Positions 21,201-33,200 of a stretch of DNA of 64,000 nt are shown here, one piece after another. How positions within the stretch are numbered: position 1 is the first letter of the stretch; every line of letters starts with the position of its first letter. Under the pieces are notes generated by a model, which saw only the letters and a list, made by a program, of their open reading frames with translations, ran no database searches and had not been told where the DNA came from. The stretch is from Eledone cirrhosa. Lineage: Eukaryota. The stretch covers positions 289,602,001-289,666,000 of the forward strand of contig OZ024742.1 of NCBI GenBank assembly GCA_964016885.1, written 5' to 3'. A program made the translations under genes and the position numbers.

Positions 21201-24200
21201 TAGTGAGATAGTGGCAGTGATTGTAGAGGATGTTATGTGGCAGTGAGACAGTGGCAGTAAATGTAGAGGATGTTATGTGGTAGTGAGACAGTGGCAGTGA
21301 TTGTAGAGGATGTTATGTGGCAGTGAGACAGTGACAGTGATTGTAGAGGATGTTATGTGGTAGTGAGACAGTGGCAGTGATTGTAGAGGATGTTATGTGG
21401 CAGTGAGACAGTGGCAGTGATTGTAGAGGATGTTATGTGGTAGTGAGACAGTGGCAGTGATTGTAGAGGATGTTATGTGGCAGTGAGACAGTGGCAGTGA
21501 TTGTAGAGGATGTTATGTGGCAGTGAGACAGTGGCAGTGATTGTAGAGGATGTTATGTGGTAGTGTGACAGTGGCAGTGATTGTAGAGGATGTTATGTGG
21601 TAGTGAGACAGTGGCAGTGATTGTAGAGGATGTTATGTGGCAGCGAGACAGTGGCAGTGATTGTAGAGGATGTTATGTGGCAGTGAGACAGTGGCAGTGA
21701 TTGTAGAGGATGTTATGTGGCAGTGAGACAGTGGCAGTGATTGTAGAGGATGTTATGTGGTAGTGAGACAGTGGCAGTGATTGTAGAGGATGTTATGTGG
21801 CAGTGAGACAGTGGCAGTGATAGTAGAGGATGTTATGTGGTAGTGAGACAGTGGCAGTGATTGTTGAGGATGTTATGTGGTAGTGAGACAGTGGCAGTGA
21901 TTGTAGAGGATGTTATGTGGCAGTGAGACAGTGGCAGTGATTGTAGAGGATGTTATGTGGCAGTGAGACAGTGGCAGTGATTGTAGAGGATGTTATGTGG
22001 TAGTGAGACAGTGGCAGTGATTGTAGAGGATGTTATGTGGCAGTGAGACAGTGGCAGTGATTGTAGAGGATATTATGTGGCAGTGAGACAGTGGCAGTGA
22101 TTGTAGAGGATGTTATGTGGTAGTGAGTCAGTGGCAGTGATTGTAGAGGATGTTATGTGGCAGTGAGACAGTGGCAGTGATTGTAGAGGATTTTATGTGG
22201 TAGTGAGACATTGGCAGTGATTGTAGAGGATGTTATGTGGCAGTGAGACAGTGGCAGTGATTGTAGAGCATGTTATGTGGCAGTGAGACGGTGGCAGTGA
22301 TTGTAGAGGATGTTATGTGGTAGTGAGACAGTGGCAGTGATTGTAGAGGATGTTATGTGGTAGTGAGACAGTGGCAGTGATTGTAGAGCATGTTATGTGG
22401 CAGTGAGACAGTGGCAGTGATTGTAGAGGATGTTATGTGGTAGTGAGACAGTGGCAGTGATTGTAGAGGATGTTATGTGGTAGTGAGACAGTGGCAGTGA
22501 TTTTAGAGGATGTTATGTGGTAGTGAGACAGTGGCAGTGATTGTAGAGGATGTTATGTGGTAGTGAGACAGTGGCAGTGATTGTAGGGGATGTTATGTGG
22601 TAGTGAGACAGTGGCAGTGATAGTAGAGGATGTTATGTGGTAGTGAGACAGTGGCAGTGATTGTAGAGGATGTTATGTGGTAGTGAGAAAGTGGCAGTGA
22701 TTGTAGAGCATGTTATGTGGTAGTGAGACAGTGGCAGTGATTGTAGAGGATGTTATGTGGCAGTGAGACAGTGGCAGTGATTGTAGAGGATGTTATGTGG
22801 CAGTGAGACAGTGGCAGTGATTGTAGAGGATGTTATGTGGCAGTGAGACAGTGGCAGTGATTGTAGAGGATGTTATGTGGTAGTGAGACAGTGGCAGTGA
22901 TTGTAGAGGATGTTATGTGGTAGTGACACAGTGGCAGTGATTGTAGAGGATGTTATGTGGTAGTGAGACAGTGGCACTGATTGTAGAGGATGTTATGTGG
23001 TAGTGAGACAGTGGCAGTGATTGTAGAGGATGTTATGTGATAGTGAGACAGTGGCAGTGATAATAGAGGATGTTATGTGGTAGTGAGACAGTGGCAGTGA
23101 TTGTAGAGGATGTTATGTGGTAGTGAGACAGTGGCAGTGATTGTAGAGGATGTTATGTGGCAGTGAGACAGTGGCAGTGATTGTAGAGGATGTTATGTGG
23201 CAGTGAGACAGTTGCAGTGATTGTAGAGGATGTTATGTGGCAGTGAGACAGTGGCAGTGATTGTAGAGGATGTTATGTGGCAGTGAGACAGTGGCATTGA
23301 TTGTAGAGGATGTTATGTGGTAGTGAGACAGTGGCAGTGATTGTAGAGGATGTTATGTGGTAGTGAGACAGTGGCAGTGATTGTAGAGGATGTTATGTGG
23401 TAGTGAGACAGTGGCAGTGATTGTAGAGGATGTTATGTGGCAGTGAGACAGTGGCAGTGATTGTAGAGGATGTTATGTGGTAGTGAGACAGTGGCAGTGA
23501 TTGTAGAGGATGTTATGTGGCAGTGAGACAGTGGCAGTAAATGTAGAGGATGTTATGTGGCAGTGAGACAGTGGCAGTGATTGTAGAGGATGTTATGTGG
23601 CAGTGAGACAGTGACAGTGATTGTAGAGGATGTTATGTGGTAGTGAGACAGTGGCAGTGATTGTAGAGGATGTTATGTGGCAGTGAGACAGTGACAGTGA
23701 TTGTAGAGGATGTTATGTGGTAGTGAGACAGTGGCAGTAATTGTAGAGGATGTTATGTGGTAGTGAGACAGTGGCAGTGATTGTAGAGGATGTTATGTGG
23801 CAGTGAGACAGTGGCAGTGATTGTAGAGGATGTTATGTGGTAGTGAGACAGTGGCAGTGATTGTAGAGGATGTTATGTGGCAGTGAGACAGTGGCAGTGA
23901 TTGTAGAGGATGTTATGTGGTAGTGAGATAGTGGCAGTGATTGTAGAGGATGTTATGTGGCAGTGAGACAGTGGCAGTAAATGTAGAGGATGTTATGTGG
24001 TAGTGAGACAGTGGCAGTGATTGTAGAGGATGTTATGTGGCAGTGAGACAGTGGCAGTGATTGTTGAGGATGTTATGTGGTAGTGAGACAGTGGCAGTGA
24101 TTGTAGAGGATGTTATGTGGTAGTGAGACAGTGGCAGTGATTGTAGAGGATGTTATGTGGTAGTGAGACAGTGGCAGTGATTGTAGAGGATGTTATGTGG

Positions 24201-27200
24201 CAGTGAGACAGTGGCAGTGATTGTTGAGGATGTTATGTGGTAGTGAGACAGTGGCAGTGATTGTAGAGGATGTTATGTGGTAGTGAGACAGTGGCAGTGA
24301 TTGTAGAGGATGTTATGTGGTAGTAAGACAGTGGCAGTGATTGTAGAGGATGTTATGTGGTAGTGAGACAGTGGCAGTGATTGTAGAGGATGTTATGTGG
24401 TAGTGAGACAGTGGCAGTGATTGTAGAGGATGTTATGTGGTAGTAAGACAGTGGCAGTGATTGTAGAGGATGTTATGTGGTAGTGAGACAGTGGCAGTGA
24501 TTGTAGAGGATGTTATGTGGTAGTAAGACAGTGGCAGTGATTGTTGAGGATGTTATGTGGTAGTGAGACAGTGGCAGTGATTGTAGAGGATGTTATGTGG
24601 TAGTGAGACAGTGGCAGTGATTGTAGAGGATGTTATGTGGTAGTAAGACAGTGGCAGTGATTGTAGAGGATGTTATGTGGTAGTGAGACAGTGGCAGTGA
24701 TTGTAGAGGATGTTATGTGGTAGTGAGACAGTGGCAGTGATTGTAGAGGATGTTATGTGGCAGTGAGACAGTGGCAGTGATTGTTGAGGATGTTATGTGG
24801 TAGTGAGACAGTGGCAGTGATTGTAGAGGATGTTAAGTGGTAGTGAGACAGTGGCAGTGATTGTAGAGGATGTTATGTGGTAGTAAGACAGTGGCAGTGA
24901 TTGTAGAGGATGTTATGTGGTAGTGAGACAGTGGCACTGATTGTAGAGGATGTTATGTGGTAGTGAGACAGTGGCAGTGATTGTAGAGGATGTTATGTGA
25001 TAGTGAGACAGTGGCAGTGATAATAGAGGATGTTATGTGGTAGTGAGACAGTGGCAGTGATTGTAGAGGATGTTATGTGGTAGTGAGACAGTGGCAGTGA
25101 TTGTAGAGGATGTTATGTGGCAGTGAGACAGTGGCAGTGATTGTAGAGGATGTTATGTGGCAGTGAGACAGTGGCAGTGATTGTAGAGGATGTTATGTGG
25201 CAGTGAGATAGTGGCAGTGATTGTAGAGGATGTTATGTGGCAGTGAGACAGTGGCATTGATTGTAGAGGATGTTATGTGGTAGTGAGACAGTGGCAGTGA
25301 TTGTAGAGGATGTTATGTGGTAGTGAGACAGTGGCAGTGATTGTAGAGGATGTTATGTGGTAGTGAGACAGTGGCAGTGATTGTAGAGGATGTTATGTGG
25401 CAGTGAGACAGTGGCAGTGATTGTAGAGGATGTTATGTGGTAGTGAGACAGTGGCAGTGATTGTAGAGGATGTTATGTGGCAGTGAGACAGTGGCAGTAA
25501 ATGTAGAGGATGTTATGTGGCAGTGAGACAGTGGCAGTGATTGTAGAGGATGTTATGTGGCAGTGAGACAGTGACAGTGATTGTAGAGGATGTTATGTGG
25601 TAGTGAGACAGTGGCAGTGATTGTAGAGGATGTTATGTGGCAGTGAGACAGTGACAGTGATTGTAGAGGATGTTATGTGGTAGTGAGACAGTGGCAGTAA
25701 TTGTAGATGATGTTATGTGGTAGTGAGACAGTGGCAGTGATTGTAGAGGATGTTATGTGGCAGTGAGACAGTGGCAGTGATTGTAGAGGATGTTATGTGG
25801 TAGTGAGACAGTGGCAGTGATTGTAGAGGATGTTATGTGGCAGTGAGACAGTGGCAGTGATTGTAGAGGATGTTATGTGGTAGTAAGACAGTGGCAGTGA
25901 TTGTAGAGGATGTTATGTGGTAGTGAGACAGTGGCAGTGATTGTAGAGGATGTTATGTGGTAGTGAGACAGTGGCAGTGATTGTAAAGGATGTTATGTGG
26001 TAGTGAGACAGTGGCAGTGATTGTAGAGAATTTTATGTGGCACTGAGACAGTGGCAGTGATTGTAGAGGATGTTATGTGGTAGTGAGACAGTGGCAGTGA
26101 TTGTAGAGGATGTTATGTGGCAGTGAGACAGTGGCAGTGATTGTTGAGGATGTTATGTGGTAGTGAGACAGTGGCAGTGATTGTAGAGGATGTTATGTGG
26201 TAGTGAGACAGTGGCAGTGATTGTAGAGGATGTTATGTGGTAGTAAGACAGTGGCAGTGATTGTAGAGGATGTTATGTGGTAGTGAGACAGTGGCAGTGA
26301 TTGTAGAGGATGTTATGTGGCAGTGAGACAGTGGCAGTGATTGTTGAGGATGTTATGTGGTAGTGAGACAGTGGCAGTGATTGTAGAGGATGTTATGTGG
26401 TAGTGAGACAGTGGCAGTGATTGTAGAGGATGTTATGTGGTAGTAAGACAGTGGCAGTGATTGTAGAGGATGTTATGTGGTAGTGAGACAGTGGCAGTGA
26501 TTGTAGAGGATGTTATGTGGTAGTAAGACAGTGGCAGTGATTGTTGAGGATGTTATGTGGTAGTGAGACAGTGGCAGTGATTGTAGAGGATGTTATGTGG
26601 TAGTGAGACAGTGGCAGTGATTGTAGAGGATGTTATGTGGTAGTAAGACAGTGGCAGTGATTGTAGAGGATGTTATGTGGTAGTGAGACAGTGGCAGTGA
26701 TTGTAGAGGATGTTATGTGGTAGTGAGACAGTGGCAGTGATTGTAGAGGATGTTATGTGGCAGTGAGACAGTGGCAGTGATTGTTGAGGATGTTATGTGG
26801 TAGTGAGACAGTGGCAGTGATTGTAGAGGATGTTATGTGGTAGTGAGACAGTGGCAGTGATTGTAGAGGATGTTATGTGGTAGTAAGACAGTGGCAGTGA
26901 TTGTAGAGGATGTTATGTGGTAGTGAGACAGTGGCACTGATTGTAGAGGATGTTATGTGGTAGTGAGACAGTGGCAGTGATTGTAGAGGATGTTATGTGA
27001 TAGTGAGACAGTGGCAGTGATAATAGAGGATGTTATGTGGTAGTGAGACAGTGGCAGTGATTGTAGAGGATGTTATGTGGTAGTGAGACAGTGGCAGTGA
27101 TTGTAGAGGATGTTATGTGGCAGTGAGACAGTGGCAGTGATTGTAGAGGATGTTATGTGGCAGTGAGACAGTGGCAGTGATTGTAGAGGATGTTATGTGG

Positions 27201-30200
27201 CAGTGAGATAGTGGCAGTGATTGTAGAGGATGTTATGTGGCAGTGAGACAGTGGCATTGATTGTAGAGGATGTTATGTGGTAGTGAGACAGTGGCAGTGA
27301 TTGTAGAGGATGTTATGTGGTAGTGAGACAGTGGCAGTGATTGTAGAGGATGTTATGTGGTAGTGAGACAGTGGCAGTGATTGTAGAGGATGTTATGTGG
27401 CAGTGAGACAGTGGCAGTGATTGTAGAGGATGTTATGTGGTAGTGAGACAGTGGCAGTGATTGTAGAGGATGTTATGTGGCAGTGAGACAGTGGCAGTAA
27501 ATGTAGAGGATGTTATGTGGCAGTGAGACAGTGGCAGTGATTGTAGAGGATGTTATGTGGCAGTGAGACAGTGACAGTGATTGTAGAGGATGTTATGTGG
27601 TAGTGAGACAGTGGCAGTGATTGTAGAGGATGTTATGTGGCAGTGAGACAGTGACAGTGATTGTAGAGGATGTTATGTGGTAGTGAGACAGTGGCAGTAA
27701 TTGTAGATGATGTTATGTGGTAGTGAGACAGTGGCAGTGATTGTAGAGGATGTTATGTGGCAGTGAGACAGTGGCAGTGATTGTAGAGGATGTTATGTGG
27801 TAGTGAGACAGTGGCAGTGATTGTAGAGGATGTTATGTGGCAGTGAGACAGTGGCAGTGATTGTAGAGGATGTTATGTGGTAGTAAGACAGTGGCAGTGA
27901 TTGTAGAGGATGTTATGTGGTAGTGAGACAGTGGCAGTGATTGTAGAGGATGTTATGTGGTAGTGAGACAGTGGCAGTGATTGTAAAGGATGTTATGTGG
28001 TAGTGAGACAGTGGCAGTGATTGTAGAGAATTTTATGTGACACTGAGACAGTGGCAGTGATTGTAGAGGATGTTATGTGGTAGTGAGACAGTGGCAGTGA
28101 TTGTAGAGGATGTTATGTGGCAGTGAGACAGTGGCAGTGATTGTTGAGGATGTTATGTGGTAGTGAGACAGTGGCAGTGATTGTAGAGGATGTTATGTGG
28201 TAGTGAGACAGTGGCAGTGATTGTAGAGGATGTTATGTGGTAGTGACACAGTGGCAGTGATTGTAGAGGATGTTATGTGGTAGTGAGACAGTGGCACTGA
28301 TTGTAGAGGATGTTATGTGGTAGTGAGACAGTGGCAGTGATTGTAGAGGATGTTATGTGATAGTGAGACAGTGGCAGTGATAATAGAGGATGTTATGTGG
28401 TAGTGAGACAGTGGCAGTGATTGTAGAGGATGTTATGTGGTAGTGAGACAGTGGCAGTGATTGTAGAGGATGTTATGTGGCAGTGAGACAGTGGCAGTGA
28501 TTGTAGAGGATGTTATGTGGCAGTGAGACAGTGGCAGTGATTGTAGAGGATGTTATGTGGCAGTGAGACAGTGGCAGTGATTGTAGAGGATGTTATGTGG
28601 CAGTGAGACAGTGGCATTGATTGTAGAGGATGTTATGTGGTAGTGAGACAGTGGCAGTGATTGTAGAGGATGTTATGTGGTAGTGAGACAGTGGCAGTGA
28701 TTGTAGAGGATGTTATGTGGTAGTGAGACAGTGGCAGTGATTGTAGAGGATGTTATGTGGCAGTGAGACAGTGGCAGTGATTGTAGAGGATGTTATGTGC
28801 TAGTGAGACAGTGGCAGTGATTGTAGAGGATGTTATGTGGCAGTGAGACAGTGGCAGTAAATGTAGAGGATGTTATGTGGCAGTGAGACAGTGGCAGTGA
28901 TTGTAGAGGATGTTATGTGGCAGTGAGACAGTGGCAGTGATTGTAGAGGATGTTATGTGGTAGTGAGACAGTGGCAGTGATTGTAGAGGATGTTATGTGG
29001 CAGTGAGACAGTGACAGTGATTGTAGAGGATGTTATGTGGTAGTGAGACAGTGGCAGTAATTGTAGATGATGTTATGTGGTAGTGAGACAGTGGCAGTGA
29101 TTGTAGAGGATGTTATGTGGCAGTGAGACAGTGGCAGTGATTGTAGAGGATGTTATGTGGTAGTGAGACAGTGGCAGTGATTGTAGAGGATGTTATGTGG
29201 CAGTGAGACAGTGGCAGTGATTGTAGAGGATGTTATGTGGTAGTGAGATAGTGGCAGTGATTGTAGAGGATGTTATGTGGCAGTGAGACAGTGGCAGTAA
29301 ATGTAGAGGATGTTATGTGGTAGTGAGACAGTGGCAGTGATTGTAGAGGATGTTATGTGGCAGTGAGACAGTGACAGTGATTGTAGAGGATGTTATGTGG
29401 TAGTAAGACAGTGGCAGTGATTGTAGAGGATGTTATGTGGCAGTGAGACAGTGGCAGTGATTGTAGAGGATGTTATGTGGTAGTGAGACAGTGGCAGTGA
29501 TTGTAAAGGATGTTATGTGGTAGTGAGACAGTGGCAGTGATTGTAGAGGATGTTATGTGGTAGTGAGACAGTGGCAGTGATTGTAGAGGATGTTATGTGG
29601 TAGTAAGACAGTGGCAGTGATTGTAGAGGATGTTATGTGGCAGTGAGACAGTGGCAGTGATTGTAGAGGATGTTATGTGGTAGTGAGACAGTGGCAGTGA
29701 TTGTAGAGGATGTTATGTGGCAGTGAGACAGTGGCAGTGATTGTAGAGGATGTTATGTGGCAGTGAGACAGTGGCAGTGATTGTAGAGGATGTTATGTGG
29801 TAGTGAGACAGTGGCAGTGATTGTAGAGGATGTTATGTGGTAGTGAGACAGTGGCAGTGATTGTAGAGGATGTTATGTGGTAGTGAGACAGTGGCAGTGA
29901 TTGTAGAGGATGTTATGTGATAGTGAGACAGTGGCAGTGATAATAGAGGATGTTATGTGGTAGTGAGACAGTGGCAGTGATTGTAGAGGATGTTATGTGG
30001 TAGTGAGACAGTGGCAGTGATTGTAGAGGATGTTATGTGGCAGTGAGACAGTGGCAGTGATTGTAGAGGATGTTATGTGGCAGTGAGACAGTGGCAGTGA
30101 TTGTAGAGGATGTTATGTGGCAGTGAGACAGTGGCAGTGATTGTAGAGGATGTTATGTGGCAGTGAGACAGTGGCAGTGATTGTAGAGGATGTTATGTGG

Positions 30201-33200
30201 TAGTGAGACAGTGGCAGTGATTGTAGAGGATGTTATGTGGTAGTGAGACAGTGGCAGTGATTGTAGAGGATGTTATGTGGTAGTGAGACAGTGGCAGTGA
30301 TTGTAGAGGATGTTATGTGGCAGTGAGACAGTGGCAGTGATTGTAGAGGATGTTATGTGGTAGTGAGACAGTGGCAGTGATTGTAGAGGATGTTATGTGG
30401 CAGTGAGACAGTGGCAGTAAATGTAGAGGATGTTATGTGGCAGTGAGACAGTGGCAGTGATTGTAGAGGATGTTATGTGGCAGTGAGACAGTGACAGTGA
30501 TTGTAGAGGATGTTATGTGGTAGTGAGACAGTGGCAGTGATTCTAGAGGATGTTATGTGGCAGTGAGACAGTGACAGTGATTGTAGAGGATGTTATGTGG
30601 TAGTGAGACACTGGCAGTAATTGTAGAGGATGTTATGTGGTAGTGAGACAGTGGCAGTGATTGTAGAGGATGTTATGTGGCAGTGAGACAGTGGCAGTGA
30701 TTGTAGAGGATGTTATGTGGTAGTGAGACAGTGGCAGTGATTGTAGAGGATGTTATGTGGCAGTGAGACAGTGGCAGTGATTGTAGAGGATGTTATGTGG
30801 TAGTGAGATAGTGGCAGTGATTGTAGAGGATGTTATGTGGCAGTGAGACAGTGGCAGTAAATGTAGAGGATGTTATGTGGTAGTGAGACAGTGGCAGTGA
30901 TTGTAGAGGATGTTATGTGGCAGTGAGACAGTGACAGTGATTGTAGAGGATGTTATGTGGTAGTGAGACAGTGGCAGTGATTGTAGAGGATGTTATGTGG
31001 CAGTGAGACAGTGGCAGTGATTGTAGAGGATGTTATGTGGTAGTGAGACAGTGGCAGTGATTGTAGAGGATGTTATGTGGCAGTGAGACAGTGGCAGTGA
31101 TTGTAGAGGATGTTATGTGGCAGTGAGACAGTGGCAGTGATTGTAGAGGATGTTATGTGGTAGTGTGACAGTGGCAGTGATTGTAGAGGATGTTATGTGG
31201 TAGTGAGACAGTGGCAGTGATTGTAGAGGATGTTATGTGGCAGCGAGACAGTGGCAGTGATTGTAGAGGATGTTATGTGGCAGTGAGACAGTGGCAGTGA
31301 TTGTAGAGGATGTTATGTGGCAGTGAGACAGTGGCAGTGATTGTAGAGGATGTTATGTGGTAGTGAGACAGTGGCAGTGATTGTAGAGGATGTTATGTGG
31401 CAGTGAGACAGTGGCAGTGATAGTAGAGGATGTTATGTGGTAGTGAGACAGTGGCAGTGATTGTTGAGGATGTTATGTGGTAGTGAGACAGTGGCAGTGA
31501 TTGTAGAGGATGTTATGTGGCAGTGAGACAGTGGCAGTGATTGTACAGGATGTTATGTGGCAGTGAGACAGTGGCAGTGATTGTAGAGGATGTTATGTGG
31601 TAGTGAGACAGTGGCAGTGATTGTAGAGGATGTTATGTGGCAGTGAGACAGTGGCAGTGATTGTAGAGGATATTATGTGGCAGTGAGACAGTGGCAGTGA
31701 TTGTAGAGGATGTTATGTGGTAGTGAGTCAGTGGCAGTGATTGTAGAGGATGTTATGTGGCAGTGAGACAGTGGCAGTGATTGTAGAGGATTTTATGTGG
31801 TAGTGAGACATTGGCAGTGATTGTAGAGGATGTTATGTGGCAGTGAGACAGTGGCAGTGATTGTAGAGGATGTTATGTGGCAGTGAGACAGTGGCAGTGA
31901 TTGTAGAGGATGTTATGTGGCAGTGAGACAGTGGCATTGATTGTAGAGGATGTTATGTGGTAGTGAGACAGTGGCAGTGATTGTAGAGGATGTTATGTGG
32001 TAGTGAGACAGTGGCAGTGATTGTAGAGGATGTTATGTGGTAGTGAGACAGTGGCAGTGATTGTAGAGGATGTTATGTGGCAGTGAGACAGTGGCAGTGA
32101 TTGTAGAGGATGTTATGTGGTAGTGAGACAGTGGCAGTGATTGTAGAGGATGTTATGTGGCAGTGAGACAGTGGCAGTAAATGTAGAGGATGTTATGTGG
32201 CAGTGAGACAGTGGCAGTGATTGTAGAGGATGTTATGTGGCAGTGAGACAGTGACAGTGATTGTAGAGGATGTTATGTGGTAGTGAGACAGTGGCAGTGA
32301 TTGTAGAGGATGTTATGTGGCAGTGAGACAGTGACAGTGATTGTAGAGGATGTTATGTGGTAGTGAGACAGTGGCAGTAATTGTAGAGGATGTTATGTGG
32401 TAGTGAGACAGTGGCAGTGATTGTAGAGGATGTTATGTGGCAGTGAGACAGTGGCAGTGATTGTAGAGGATGTTATGTGGTAGTGAGACAGTGGCAGTGA
32501 TTGTAGAGGATGTTATGTGGCAGTGAGACAGTGGCAGTGATTGTAGAGGATGTTATGTGGTAGTGAGATAGTGGCAGTGAGTGTAGAGGATGTTATGTGG
32601 CAGTGAGACAGTGGCAGTAAATGTAGAGGATGTTATGTGGTAGTGAGACAGTGGCAGTGATTGTAGAGGATGTTACGTGGCAGTGAGACAGTGACAGTGA
32701 TTGTAGAGGATGTTATGTGGTAGTGAGACAGTGGCAGTGATTGTAGAGGATGTTATGTGGCAGTGAGACAGTGGCAGTGATTGTAGAGGATGTTATGTGG
32801 TAGTGAGACAGTGGCAGTGATTGTAGAGGATGTTATGTGGTAGTGAGACAGTGGCAGTGATTGTAGAGGATGTTATGTGGCAGTGAGACAGTGGCAGTGA
32901 TTGTAGAGGATGTTATGTGGCAGTGAGACAGTGGCAGTGATTGTAGAGGATGTTATGTGGTAGTGAGACAGTGGCAGTGATTGTAGAGGATGTTATGTGG
33001 CAGCGAGACAGTGGCAGTGATTGTAGAGGATGTTATGTGGCAGTGAGACAGTGGCAGTGATTGTAGAGGATTTTATGTGGCAGTGAGACAGTGGCAGTGA
33101 TTGTAGAGGATGTTATGTGGTAGTGAGACAGTGGCAGTGATTGTAGAGGATGTTATGTGGCAGTGAGACAGTGGCAGTGATTGTAGAGGATGTTATGTGG

